Shown here: positions 21,354 through 31,990 of the stretch, piece after piece
Layout: every line of letters begins with the position of its first letter
Numbering within the stretch: position 1 is the stretch's first letter
The notes under the pieces: generated by a model
The model's input: only the letters and a program-made list of their open reading frames with translations
Databases searched by the model: none
What the model was told of the DNA's origin: nothing
Assembly: GCA_963782115.1 (NCBI GenBank)
Contig: CAWAIK010000001.1
Location: forward strand, 256,001-320,000
Direction of reading: 5' to 3'
Length of the DNA stretch: 64,000 bases
DNA from: an uncultured Verrucomicrobiae bacterium
Lineage (GTDB): Bacteria; Verrucomicrobiota; Verrucomicrobiia; Chthoniobacterales; JAFAMB01
Program-made: the position numbers and the translations under genes

Positions 21354-21830
21354 TTATCCTGCGTTATCTTGGCTCTCTCCGGTGTGCGAGCCTTCCTCTT
21401 GGATCTTTCGAAGCGCCTCGGTCATATCTTCGATCTCATCCCAAACTTCAAGGCTTACGTAGATTGGGGCGCGCTGAGCGGTCGCCATTGCGATACAATC
21501 GCTGGGCCGCGCATCGATCTCGATGATTTTCTTCTGTTTCAGTTCGTTCTCCACGCTAAGCACCAGCCTTGCATAGCAGGTGCCGCGCTTGAGATCGTTA
21601 ACGATGGCCCTTTCGATCTTCGCTCCCAGCGCTCGCAAGATGTTCGCTAGCAGATCATGGGTGAGCGGCCGTTCCTTTTGGGTGCCTCGTATGAACATTG
21701 CGATCGCCGCCCCAACACTTTGATCGACGGAGATCACGAAAGCCTTTTCCTGGTTGCCAAGAAAAACGGCGAAGCCGTCGACGGTCGCGGCTACGGCACG
21801 GATCTGCACTTCGACAACGGGCTTACTCAT
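21354..21830 (-). CDS. Bifunctional nuclease family protein (DUF151)
   Basis: RPLTHDL and IDARPSDCIA motifs. Confidence 0.9.
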   Translation of the reverse strand: MSKPVVEVQIRAVAATVDGFAVFLGNQEKAFVISVDQSVGAAIAMFIRGTQKERPLTHDLLANILRALGAKIERAIVNDLKRGTCYARLVLSVENELKQKKIIEIDARPSDCIAMATAQRAPIYVSLEVWDEIEDMTEALRKIQEEGSHTGESQDNAG

Positions 21831-22159
21831 TGTGCAAGTCTAGCTATTCGCCTTGACGCCAAGATCCGGGTTGCTGCCCGGATTGCCGACGACCCTGGAG
21901 ATCAGTTCGGGCGTGCCCGACCAACCGGATGTATCGCCGGATCTATCATCGCGTGCAGTTCGACATGGAACCTTCGATTATAGGGATCAGGAAACATCAG
22001 GGTGTCGCCTGAGGATAGGCTAATCCCACGCCCGGCGAAGACCCCTAAGACCTTGCCGTTTCTCAGCTTGATTCAAACTCTTGCCTAAGGCTTTTGCCGA
22101 GTCGTCTATCATAGTCACCACCGATTTTCATTCAGAGGCGTTTCTTTATGATTTAACTC

Positions 22160-22756
22160 GTGATAACTCAACAAGAGACGGATGAAATGCCGAGAACGTC
22201 GGATGATCAGTTGATGGCGGCTGTTGTCAATCGCGAGCAGGCAGCGCTTGAAAGCATCTACAAACGATATGAATCGCTCCTCCGCACCGTAATATTAAAC
22301 GTCATCCGCGACGAGTCGGAAGTGGATGACGTTCTTCATGACGTCCTTTTGCAGGTCTGGGACCAGGGGCATCGTTACAATCCGAACGAAAAGGGATTGC
22401 GCGGGCTTTTGGTTACATTGGCACGGAGACGAGCCTTCGATCGATTGCGCCGGAGAGCCGCTTATCGCCGCGCTACCGAAAGCCTGAAAACGGACACCGA
22501 AAATCCTTTGACCTTTGAGACCGTGACCAATTCGCATCAAGTCGAAGTCCACGATCTCTCAGAGCTTCTCAAACGTGCGATTCAAGAACTACCCGAAGCT
22601 CAAAAAGAGGTAATTGATCTGGCTTTCTTTAAAGGCATGAGTCAGCGCGAAATCGCTTCGAAAAGACAAATATCGTTGGGAACGGTGAAAACTCGGCTTC
22701 ATTTGGCTCAGCGAAAATTGCACAATTACTTGTTACCCATGCAGAACAAGATCTAA
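22160..22756 (+). CDS. ECF RNA polymerase sigma-70 factor
   Basis: Region 2 DDVLHDVLLQVW...LARRRAFDRLR; region 4 LPEAQKEV...MSQREIA...LGTVKTR. Confidence 0.9.
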   Translation: MITQQETDEMPRTSDDQLMAAVVNREQAALESIYKRYESLLRTVILNVIRDESEVDDVLHDVLLQVWDQGHRYNPNEKGLRGLLVTLARRRAFDRLRRRAAYRRATESLKTDTENPLTFETVTNSHQVEVHDLSELLKRAIQELPEAQKEVIDLAFFKGMSQREIASKRQISLGTVKTRLHLAQRKLHNYLLPMQNKI

Positions 22757-22918
22757 AGCAGGGACACTTCACTAGGAAGTAACATGCTCACGTGCGTGCG
22801 ATGAGATTTCCCACACAGGCGAAAAGAACCCGATTTAGTGGCGGAAGGCCGCAGTCAAGACTCGCGTGGACCGGTAGCTATTGGCTACAAACGCGGGTGT
22901 GTGCGATGGTATCGTTGA

Positions 22919-24784
22919 GTGACAAAATTCCTGCAGAATGAAGGCGCTTTTCAGGATCCAGTGAACCATCTCGGCTCCGAAAAGCCGGTCCAGGTCCGGA
23001 AACTAGTCGAGTTAGCCTACCTCGTTGTTATTCTCTCGGCTTTAGCATGGGCAAAAGAATTTTTGCTTCCGTTGATTCTTGCGATTCTGATCAGCTTTTT
23101 GCTATCGCCTGTTGTATCTCGCCTGGAACGGTGGAGATTCCCGCGTGTCTTAGCCATTCTTGGGGTCGTAGGCATCTCTTTCGCCCTTATTGCAGGGCTC
23201 TGCTCGACGCTTTCACTCCAAGGTCTGGATTTAATAAACTCTCTGCCCAAGTACCAGGACAATATCCATGCCAGGTGGGTGGCCATTCAACAGGGACCGC
23301 CCGGTCCGCTGAGTTTGGCCTTTAGCAACGTTGGGTCGGTGATTGCCGATCTAGGCAAAGTCTCGGCATCCGCTGGAGTCGCCCAAAAGACAGAGGCAAC
23401 TAAGGTCCAAATTGTTAGCGGCGCTGATAGCATAGTTACAATGGTGAAGAATAGTCTGACGCCGGTGATGGGTCCGATCGCGGAATTTGCCGTGGTCGTG
23501 GTGCTCGTGATATTTATGCTTCTCGAGCGAAACCGACTCCGCGTTCGATTTCTGCGACTGATTGGACACTCCCGCATCGCGACAACCACCTTGGCTATTG
23601 ATGAAGCCGGCGCCCGACTGAGCGGTTTTCTCTTGGGTCAGTTGCTGGTAAACACCGGGTTTGCCCTGCTGCTTGGGCTTGGCCTTTTTCTCATCGGTAT
23701 CCCAAACGCGTTGCTCTGGGCGGTTCTGACCCTTGTTTTGCGTTTTTTGCCTTACGTAGGTCTCTGGATATCGGCCTTTTTTCCGTTGGCTCTATCAATC
23801 GCCATCTCGACAAGCTGGAACGAGCCAATATTGACTCTGGCTCTTTATGGATTTCTGGAAGTGTTAACGAACAATGTCGTGGAACCTTTTGTCTTGGGCG
23901 GTAGCACCGGAATGTCACCACTGGCCGTTATCGTATCCGCCCTGTTCTGGACTTGGCTTTGGGGGCCCATCGGTCTGTTGCTCGCGACTCCGCTCACCGC
24001 TTGCCTGGTCGTGTTGGGCCGCTATTTTCCGGCGTTCCATATTTGCAGTGTTTTGCTTGCCGCTGAGCCGCCCACTTCAGTGGAAACAAAATTCATTCGC
24101 CTCCTTACGGAAAGTCGTCTGCCAGAGGCCAGGGCGCTGCTACAGGAATTGGGAGGGATGCAACTTTCAGTGCGGATTGCCGAAGAATTAATTTTGCCAA
24201 CCCTTCGAGCGATCGAAAACGACCTTTATCGCGGTCCCGCTAGTCCAACAAAAACTCGGATTTATGAGCAACTGCGCGAGCTGATCGAAGAAATGAATGT
24301 CGAGATCCCAACGGAATCTGAGCAACCTCCAGAACAGTCCACACCTGGACAGCCAGGAATTGCGATCGTGCCTTTCATGGGAGAAGGCGATGAGATTGTG
24401 GGAGGCGTCATCGGGCGCTTACTAGCGGCCGAAGGGATTAGCACGGCTTTGCTATCCTGGCGAACTCTTCGTGCGGAGAAAATGGAACGCCTGAAAGAAT
24501 TGAAACCCCCTTGGATTCTGCTCTCCGCAATGGAAGCAAGATCGGTGACCACGGTGGGAAAAATGGCGCATTCCATCAAAAGTGAGCTACCCGATGCTCT
24601 GATTCTAGTGGGCCTTTGGAGTCTGCCAACTGAAGGCGCCGCACGCTGGGTAAAAAGGATAAAGGAATCTTCCGGAAGCGCTATCTACACCAATATCGAC
24701 CAGGCAGTTCGAGGGATTGCTTCCCTGGTTCCCCAAGTGGGCGATGAGCTTCAGGTGCGCGCAGAAAAACAGGAGAGCGAGTGA
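22919..24784 (+). CDS. AI-2E family transporter with C-terminal soluble domain
   Basis: LRFLPYVG, NVVEP, SPLAVIVSALFWTWLWGPIGLLLATP. Confidence 0.88.
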   Translation: MTKFLQNEGAFQDPVNHLGSEKPVQVRKLVELAYLVVILSALAWAKEFLLPLILAILISFLLSPVVSRLERWRFPRVLAILGVVGISFALIAGLCSTLSLQGLDLINSLPKYQDNIHARWVAIQQGPPGPLSLAFSNVGSVIADLGKVSASAGVAQKTEATKVQIVSGADSIVTMVKNSLTPVMGPIAEFAVVVVLVIFMLLERNRLRVRFLRLIGHSRIATTTLAIDEAGARLSGFLLGQLLVNTGFALLLGLGLFLIGIPNALLWAVLTLVLRFLPYVGLWISAFFPLALSIAISTSWNEPILTLALYGFLEVLTNNVVEPFVLGGSTGMSPLAVIVSALFWTWLWGPIGLLLATPLTACLVVLGRYFPAFHICSVLLAAEPPTSVETKFIRLLTESRLPEARALLQELGGMQLSVRIAEELILPTLRAIENDLYRGPASPTKTRIYEQLRELIEEMNVEIPTESEQPPEQSTPGQPGIAIVPFMGEGDEIVGGVIGRLLAAEGISTALLSWRTLRAEKMERLKELKPPWILLSAMEARSVTTVGKMAHSIKSELPDALILVGLWSLPTEGAARWVKRIKESSGSAIYTNIDQAVRGIASLVPQVGDELQVRAEKQESE

Positions 24785-24852
24785 CGTCCGACGGAGTGTT
24801 ATAGAGCGAATCGCTCTCCGTCAGGGCTCCTGTTTCTTAGATGAGAATGGTT

Positions 24853-25953
24853 CTATGGCTGCCCCAGAAATGAGCCTACTCGTCTGAGTGGCGCAATACG
24901 GTCGCAAAATATCTTGAAGGTGGCCAGTAGGGGAACAGCCAGGAGAGTGCCGGCTACCCCCCAGAGGTAGGACCAAAGAAGAAAACTCAGCAGGATGGCG
25001 ACCGGATTCAGGGTTAGCCAACGCCCAAGAAACAGCGGCGTCGCCAGGTTGCCCTCGATCATCGCGCAAAAGACGTAGGCCAGAGGTGGCAAAAGGGCGT
25101 ACCAAGCCGAATTGAAATGAATCATTGAAACGAGCGCCATTGCCACGATACCACCCGTTGCTCCCACAAACGGAATGTAATGGAGCAAAAATGCCGCCAC
25201 ACCCCAAAGCAACGGATGGGGTAGCCCAAGCAATCCAACGACGATCCAAAGACTCACTCCCACACAGGCATTGATCAGCGTCACCGAAGTAAAATAACGC
25301 GCGGCGGTTTGTTCGATCTCGGCCGCGATTTCGACGACGTTCTGTTTCTCTGAGACGCCCGGGATCATATCCACCAGCTTTTTGAGAAGCCGGGCTCCGT
25401 ACAGCAGAAGGAAGAAAGCAAGCACGTGAACAACGATCAGAACCGCAAAAAATTTCGGTGCATTCTTGAGAGCAATTTCCAAAAAGCTCGGCCCGCGGAT
25501 GCTTACCCGAGCGATGTCGCCCGGATTCAACCAGGTGCTTAGGCGGTCTATCGATGGTGAACTTTTCTGAACGCCTTGAAGGATGGGAGTCAAACGTTCC
25601 TGAATGTGGTCCAGGTAGAGGGGTAAATCAGGCTCAAACCTCGCTAGTGATACACACAGTGCGGCAAAAAGGCAGATCAAGACGGTGAAAAAACCGAGTG
25701 TGCCGACGAGGGGTGCCCAAAAGTATGACAGACCGATTTTCTTTAGCCATCTGGTGATAGGCGTTAGCAGGAATCCGAGAAAACCTGCAAGCACGATCGG
25801 AAGAAAAAGGTCAACAGCTACCTTTAGGACGTAGAAACAGGCAAAGACAAACAATCCGATCACCGCAATTGCGAACCAGAGATGGACTAAGTTTCCGACA
25901 TCTTCCGCGGTTGAATCATCTGAACTGTGGTTAGGTTGGAGGGGATGGTTCAT
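24853..25953 (-). CDS. AI-2E family transporter
   Basis: YIPFVG, IEGNLATP, LNPVAILLSFLLWSYLWG...LLAVP. Confidence 0.88.
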   Translation of the reverse strand: MNHPLQPNHSSDDSTAEDVGNLVHLWFAIAVIGLFVFACFYVLKVAVDLFLPIVLAGFLGFLLTPITRWLKKIGLSYFWAPLVGTLGFFTVLICLFAALCVSLARFEPDLPLYLDHIQERLTPILQGVQKSSPSIDRLSTWLNPGDIARVSIRGPSFLEIALKNAPKFFAVLIVVHVLAFFLLLYGARLLKKLVDMIPGVSEKQNVVEIAAEIEQTAARYFTSVTLINACVGVSLWIVVGLLGLPHPLLWGVAAFLLHYIPFVGATGGIVAMALVSMIHFNSAWYALLPPLAYVFCAMIEGNLATPLFLGRWLTLNPVAILLSFLLWSYLWGVAGTLLAVPLLATFKIFCDRIAPLRRVGSFLGQP

Positions 25954-26361
25954 GATCCTTCGCTACCTAGGCGAATTGTGTCGCGCATATCGTTGAACCA
26001 GAAAGCGGCCGTACCGATCTACCTCCGCGAACTGGTTCCACGTATCTGTTGCAGAGCAGGCAACCTGAGGTAGCGTCATGTTCATGGCGCTTATATTTCA
26101 GGTAGACGACGAAAGCCATGTATCCCCCAAGATACGCTCCGATAATTGCGGTGCAATCATCGAGAGTCTATCAGTTACCAGCTTCGCCGCCACGTATTGG
26201 ATTTGTTTCTCCGCCGGTTCCGGCGTGACTTCATGTGAAAGGCCAGGAAAGACGGATTGCAATAATGCGTTCGTGCTCTCGGTGGAAGACTGAGTCGATA
26301 TACTGGCGCCAGGAGAAGTTGGATTTCTTGCCAAGCTCTAAAAGATGAGCGTAGTAAACCC

Positions 26362-27594
26362 ATGTCGTTGACAAACGAAGTGAGGCGGTATTTGGTCGAA
26401 CATCTGGCTGACCGGCAATTGCTCATTAGCGGGCAGGCCGTTTCCGCGATTCGCTCCAGCAACGAAATATCCAGCTCAGAGCATCTGACGGATCAGCAGT
26501 TGATCGATCATTTTCCCCAGTTATTTGCGGATCTGGTTGAATATCTCCTTACAGGCGCCGATCCCAGTGCGCGAAGACAAACGATCACGGCGGCCTTGAA
26601 ACATGGAATGACCAGATGGCAACAAGGCTACGAGCTCGTTGAAGTTATTCGAGAGCTTGGAATTGTCCAAAGATCGATCTTGGAACACGGAATAGAGAAA
26701 TTCTTCGAAGAGAACTCTCAATGGGGCAAAGGCATCCAGAGTGCTCGGAAAAATCTGGGCGCATTTTTTGAGGACTCGGTCGCTGGATCTGTGCAGCGGT
26801 ACGTCGAGAATTTCACCGACCAGCTGCGAAGCGCAAATGCCAAGCTCCTAATCGCCAATGAAAACTTGAGCCGGATAGACGAGTCGAGGCTTCGCCTTAT
26901 CCGAACGGTGAGCCACGAACTTGCGAACGTCCTCAACGCTCTGACCCTCACCGTTACTTTGATCACAACCGACACCGATGAGGCCACACGTTCAGAAATG
27001 CTTGATATTTGTCGGCGAAACGTACGGGAGATGAGCGAGTTGTTAAACGACCTGAAGGATTACTCCGTGCTGATCGCAGAAGCCGCCCCCCTTCAAATCG
27101 AGGAAATCAACGTCAAGGTATTCGGAGAGGATCTGGAATCCTCCTTCCATGCGCTAACGCAGGCCGCGGGCGTGCATCTAAATCTGCTGATCGATCCACG
27201 TCTCGATGTTATACGCAGCGATCGAAGAAAGATTCGGCAGATCATTACAAATCTGATAACAAACGCGATAAATTATTGTCGGACAACCAACAAGACGGTC
27301 GTGCTCGCGTTCCAATCGTCAAATCATGATTACTGGCAGATCGCCGTCGAAGATTCCGGCATAGGGATTCCTCCTGAGCACCTGGATTCGATATTTGAGG
27401 AATTCAAGCGAATCTCTCCCTCCGAGGAAATTAAAGGCTCAGGCCTTGGTCTTGCGATTACAAAACGTTTGGTAGAGCAGTTAAAAGGATCCATCGAAGT
27501 CTCCTCAGAGGTTGGTCACGGGAGCCGATTTGTGGTGACCATACCGAAATATAGTGTCGAATCTGGGGTACCGTCAATAGGGCGCAGCGATTAG
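26362..27594 (+). CDS. Cytoplasmic sensor histidine kinase with RsbRD-N-like input domain
   Basis: KHGMTRWQQGYEL.EVIREL N-terminal domain; SHEL H-box; NLITNAINY, DSGIGI, GSGLGLAI. Confidence 0.88.
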   Translation: MSLTNEVRRYLVEHLADRQLLISGQAVSAIRSSNEISSSEHLTDQQLIDHFPQLFADLVEYLLTGADPSARRQTITAALKHGMTRWQQGYELVEVIRELGIVQRSILEHGIEKFFEENSQWGKGIQSARKNLGAFFEDSVAGSVQRYVENFTDQLRSANAKLLIANENLSRIDESRLRLIRTVSHELANVLNALTLTVTLITTDTDEATRSEMLDICRRNVREMSELLNDLKDYSVLIAEAAPLQIEEINVKVFGEDLESSFHALTQAAGVHLNLLIDPRLDVIRSDRRKIRQIITNLITNAINYCRTTNKTVVLAFQSSNHDYWQIAVEDSGIGIPPEHLDSIFEEFKRISPSEEIKGSGLGLAITKRLVEQLKGSIEVSSEVGHGSRFVVTIPKYSVESGVPSIGRSD

Positions 27595-27960
27595 CATGGC
27601 TGACTTGGGTCTCGAGAAAATTAAACGAGATTGGTGCCCGACCGGCGGCGCAGCAGAATGTCTGGCGCACGCGCTCAAATGGAGACCAACGGCGACAAGG
27701 AAAGCTATGCCCACTAAAATAGCGCTGATGCCGCCGGCAGTCGCTGCGAAGCTGTCGCCGGAGAGACCATTCAGGTCTGCTCGATGTCGGTTCAAAATGA
27801 TCAGGATCCCGAAGACCGAGAAGCCGAGAGACAAGCTCACTAAGCTCATTGCGGTCCAGATCTTCTGTCGTGGCTGCCGATTGAGCAACCGGTCGGGCGT
27901 TTCGGCTTTCGACCCGAATCCCTGAGCGAATCTGAGTTTGAGATTGTTAGTAGTGCCCAT
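27574..27960 (-). CDS. Hypothetical membrane protein (2 TM)
   Basis: Two hydrophobic segments; no family recognised. Confidence 0.45.
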   Translation of the reverse strand: MGTTNNLKLRFAQGFGSKAETPDRLLNRQPRQKIWTAMSLVSLSLGFSVFGILIILNRHRADLNGLSGDSFAATAGGISAILVGIAFLVAVGLHLSACARHSAAPPVGHQSRLIFSRPKSAMLIAAPY

Positions 27961-28290
27961 ATATCGGTTTTTCTTCGTTCAATACTACGACGAACGAACC
28001 ATCCCCTTTAGGACACCAAAGATAATGGCCGGGAGGTCTTTTTGCCAATTACGCAAAACGTTTCTGTACCAAGGCCAAGACCTTGAACCGAAGTATTGGA
28101 AAAGCACCGGGCGATGATTCTGGGTGCCGCTTTGGCTGTCGCCCACCACTGCCCCACTATTGTTCATCCCATATGTTAAAAACACGACAGCATCCCCGCT
28201 CAGTTGATTGAGCCGTGTCGCCGCATCCCATCGACCAATTCTTCTATTTGAATGCTTGAGTTATCGAGTACTTGCATTTTGTTTCTCCCT

Positions 28291-29028
28291 ATGGGACGCC
28301 TCATCATACTCTCCGGTCCTTCCTGCGTCGGCAAAGGACCATTGCACACGGCTTTCAGCAACTTTTATCCAGAAGACGCAGCGAAGTTGAGGAAGCTTGT
28401 ACTCTATAACTGTCGATCTCCGCGACCTGGGGAAATCGACAGTAAAGATTACCATTTTAGATCTCGTCAAGAAATCGAGGGGCTTCGGGAAAAGAAAAAT
28501 TTCGTGGTGTTGGATGTTCGCGGGGACCTTCAGGCAGTTGATTTGAAGAATGCCGAGGGAACACTGGCGACCGGAGATCTCCTCTTCGAAGGGAATCCGT
28601 TCGTTGGTCGGAAACTGCAGGAAGCATTTGCATCAAAGGCCACCGTCCTGAGCATTTTTCTTGCGCCGCTTTCACGAGAGGAAATCCTGTTTTTGCAATC
28701 GCAGGACCGTAGCGTGTTGCTAGCGGATTTTTTGACGGACGTGATGCGACGGAAATTGTTGCGCCGGACGCAGCGACAAAAAAATATCTTGTCCTTAAAA
28801 GATCTGGAGAACATCGAATGTCGGGCCACGAGCGCTTATACGGAACTCAAAGAGGCGTGGAAGTTCGAATACGTAATCCCGAATCATGATGGCGAAGACA
28901 GCGAAAACTGGGATGCCTTTTACTATCCACTGGGGGACGCTCGCAAAGCGTTGTTGGCATTTGCAGACCTGCTTGAGGGCAAGGTTTCGTCTTTGGTCGA
29001 GAAATGGGACGAGCACCTATTGTCATGA
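28291..29028 (+). CDS. Guanylate kinase-like P-loop protein
   Basis: LIILSGPSCVGK P-loop; R.PRPGE.D.KDYHF. Confidence 0.8.
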   Translation: MGRLIILSGPSCVGKGPLHTAFSNFYPEDAAKLRKLVLYNCRSPRPGEIDSKDYHFRSRQEIEGLREKKNFVVLDVRGDLQAVDLKNAEGTLATGDLLFEGNPFVGRKLQEAFASKATVLSIFLAPLSREEILFLQSQDRSVLLADFLTDVMRRKLLRRTQRQKNILSLKDLENIECRATSAYTELKEAWKFEYVIPNHDGEDSENWDAFYYPLGDARKALLAFADLLEGKVSSLVEKWDEHLLS

Positions 29029-29247
29029 TATGCCGTTCGATCAATCCTGCCGACCCCTGTGTCGACCTCACGCGTATTTCCACCACCATCAAGAGAAATT
29101 GCACAAAAGGTCTCAAAGCACCCGAAGACAGATTAACTTCGTTGCTTTTTTCTAGAATGATGAACTCCCCGGTCATATCCTACCATTCCTTTGCTTACGG
29201 CCTATTTTTGACGCAGCAGCTTTCCTAACTTCTAACTTCTAACTCCA

Positions 29248-29399
29248 AGCATAGGTTTCCAGCCTGTGTTTTGTTCGGACCGAGCGACGGCTTCGAGACG
29301 ATCGGAAGTGGTTACCGCGCTTGCGACCGCTTCCGCCGGCTCGCTTTGTTGTGTATAGAGATGTGGGTGGAAACCCCGCGGCCCTTCGCGGGGTCAAAT
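29248..29399 (+). repeat. Dispersed REP-containing repeat, copy A
   Basis: agcataggtttccagcctgtgttttgttcg...gcgaccgcttcc...ttgtgtat...ggtggaaaccc matches copies B and C. Confidence 0.75.
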
Positions 29400-29662
29400 T
29401 TCCGATTTTTTGATTAACATCGAAGGATGAAGAGGTTTGTCGACCGACTAGTTCCGCGACCAAGTCTGCCCAGGTCTCAGGCTCGCATTTCACTATACAC
29501 AAGTTGAATTTGATGTGATTGTTGGTCGGAACACCGAAAGCTTTACTCCGTCACCTTCGGCAAAACTTCCGAAACCTTGAAGCGTCGAATGAGACGGTCG
29601 TGGCGTTTGACGTGAACGATGTTTGCTCGGATGCGGATGTCGGTTCCATAGAGGCTTCTCGG

Positions 29663-31354
29663 ATGCAGGATTCTGCAGAGCAATTGAAATTGTATCGCCT
29701 TCTCGTAGAGAACAGCCTTGGACTCATGTGCGTCCATGATCTAGACGGCGTCCTGCGCTTTATCAATCCCGCTGCGGCACAATCACTAGGGTACACCCCG
29801 GAGGAGGGGTATACTCCGGAGGATGGTGTTGGACGAAATCTGAGAGATTTTCTGGCACCGTCTGTTCGCCATCTTTTCGATGATTACCTGTCCCGCATCC
29901 GGAGCGAGCCTACCAGCGGCGGACTCATGCGCCTGCAGGCGAGAGACGGTAGCGAGCGCATCTGGTTTTGCCGGAATATTCGATATGACGAGTTGGGAGA
30001 TTTGCCAGTGGTTCTTGGTCATGCAATCGACATCACCGAGCGGATCCGGGCAGAACGCGCTCTGAAAGAAGCCCAAACAGCCCTCCAGAAAGCTCATGAT
30101 GAATTAGCTACGCGGGTTGCCGAGCGCACTGCAGAACTGCAGCAGGCGAACGAGCGTTTGCTGGCCGAAATGGAGCAGCGCAAGCAGGTTGAAGAGGAAT
30201 TGTTCCGCGGTCGCAAGCTGGAGTCGCTTGGAGTGTTGGCCGGTGGCATCGCCCACGACTTTAACAACTTTCTTACGATCATTTCGGGGAATATCGCTCT
30301 CGCAAAGATGCACCTCAAACCTGCTGATCCAGTGTCCGATATCCTCGAGCAGGCTGCCGTGGCGTCCAAACGAGCCACCTCATTGGCTTCGCAGCTCTTG
30401 ACCTTTGGGAAGGGCGGTGCGCCGGTCCGCAGGCCAACTCCACTCGCCGGCGTCGTGAAGGATGCAGTGGATCTGGCTCAAGCCGGGGCTCAGGTCACCA
30501 TCGACCTGGTCATGGCAGGTGACCTCTGGTCCGCAGAAATCGATATTGAACAAATCAGTCAGGCGCTGCACAACATTTTGCTCAATGCACGGCAAGCGAT
30601 GCCGGAAGGCGGACCTATCGAAGTGCGTGCGGAAAACGTCATATTCGATGCCGATTCGCCACCCCTACGTAGCGGAAGGTACGTGGTGATTTCCGTTCGG
30701 GACCACGGATGCGGGATTGCGCCTGATGTTTTGCCGCGCATTTTTGACCCGTACTTCACAACAAAGCACAGCGGCAGTGGTCTCGGCCTTGCCACGGTGC
30801 ATGCAATTATAGCCAAACATGAGGGCCATATCACCGTGCAGTCGATGCTGGGCGTGGAGACTACGGTCTCTGTCTTCCTCCGGGCGTGCGCGGGAGCGCG
30901 ACTCTCGGAATCTGCGATTGGTCAGCAGTTGCAAGCCGGCTCGGGCCGGATTTTGGTGATGGATGATGAAGAATCGCTTCGCAGACTCTTGGCGCAGATT
31001 CTGAAGAGGTTGGGGTACGAAGTAGAGTCCGCCCGAGAGGGAGCGGAAGCAATCGAGCTATATCAAAGAGCGAAAGACTCAGGGCATCGTTTCGACGCTG
31101 TTCTGGTAGATTTGACCATTCCTGGAGGTATGGGCGGCAAAGAGGTAGCCGCCCGCCTGAGGGAAATTGATGACTCTGTGATATTGATTGTCTCCAGCGG
31201 GTACTCCAATATCCCCATCATGTCCGACTTTCGCAGGTATGGTTTTGACGATGTGATCTCTAAGCCTTGGACACCCCTCCAGCTGAGCCAAGTGTTACGG
31301 CGCTATACGCCACCACTTGGAATTTCGACAAGGCGGCAAAGTGACGAAAGATGA
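29663..31354 (+). CDS. PAS-domain hybrid sensor histidine kinase/response regulator
   Basis: PAS/PAC; LAGGIAHDFNN H-box; NARQAM; FDPYFTTK; receiver ILVMDDE...DLTIPGGMGG; start codon uncertain. Confidence 0.92.
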   Translation: MQDSAEQLKLYRLLVENSLGLMCVHDLDGVLRFINPAAAQSLGYTPEEGYTPEDGVGRNLRDFLAPSVRHLFDDYLSRIRSEPTSGGLMRLQARDGSERIWFCRNIRYDELGDLPVVLGHAIDITERIRAERALKEAQTALQKAHDELATRVAERTAELQQANERLLAEMEQRKQVEEELFRGRKLESLGVLAGGIAHDFNNFLTIISGNIALAKMHLKPADPVSDILEQAAVASKRATSLASQLLTFGKGGAPVRRPTPLAGVVKDAVDLAQAGAQVTIDLVMAGDLWSAEIDIEQISQALHNILLNARQAMPEGGPIEVRAENVIFDADSPPLRSGRYVVISVRDHGCGIAPDVLPRIFDPYFTTKHSGSGLGLATVHAIIAKHEGHITVQSMLGVETTVSVFLRACAGARLSESAIGQQLQAGSGRILVMDDEESLRRLLAQILKRLGYEVESAREGAEAIELYQRAKDSGHRFDAVLVDLTIPGGMGGKEVAARLREIDDSVILIVSSGYSNIPIMSDFRRYGFDDVISKPWTPLQLSQVLRRYTPPLGISTRRQSDER

Positions 31355-31546
31355 TTCCGCGAACCCTTGTCAGCGGTCAACGAAAACGAGCCCGCTTTCT
31401 TGCAGATAGGACAGGTAGCGACGGCGGAAACTGGATTGGAAGGAGTTCAAAAAAGACGCCTAAAGATTTCTCAACGCCGCAGCCACCATCGATTCGCCGC
31501 TCACAGGAATCGTGGGCCGCACTGATCTGAGTGACTTTTGATTTAT

Positions 31547-31990
31547 TTATGCGAGTTGTTCTGAGCCAGCGGCGAGTTGGGCTTCCAATCCGGCGATGCG
31601 GGCTTTCAGGGGCGCGGCATACTTTTCCACCTCGCCGGCGGTGAAGCGCGGAGTGATGTATTGCGGGCAGTTCCAGTCGTACGAAATGACCTGGATGAGG
31701 AACAACCGCTCCGCCTTGCTGCGGAGCGCCTCGGGGACGAGTTGGTCGACGAGTTCGGGATGCTCGCGCGCGTTGAGCACGCGAGCGTGGCCAAACAGTT
31801 TGAGCCGGGTGCGGTGGGGGTAGTCCATCATGAAGAGGGCCACCCGATCGTTGGCGTCGAGGTTGCCCGTACTCACAAGTTGACGGTTGCCTTTAAAATC
31901 CGCGAACCCGATGAGATTCGGTCCAAAGTATTTGTCCTGGGCCTGCTGTACGGCAGCCGTGAGCACGAGTTGCATGTATTTCTTAGCCAT
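31547..31990 (-). pseudogene. Pyridoxamine 5'-phosphate oxidase family protein with internal in-frame deletion
   Basis: FADFKGNRQ..STGNL...LFMMDYPHRTRLK, WNCPQYITPRF present; the expected ...PY.QHRGG...FL segment is missing between QDKYFG and PNLIG. Confidence 0.7.

Noticed and set aside
26098..26334. 78-aa minus-strand ORF
   Set aside because: TTG start with no support beyond being open
27985..28185. HAF-repeat-like peptide YGMNNSGAVVGDS
   Set aside because: A single short match; may be a relic but is too weak to call
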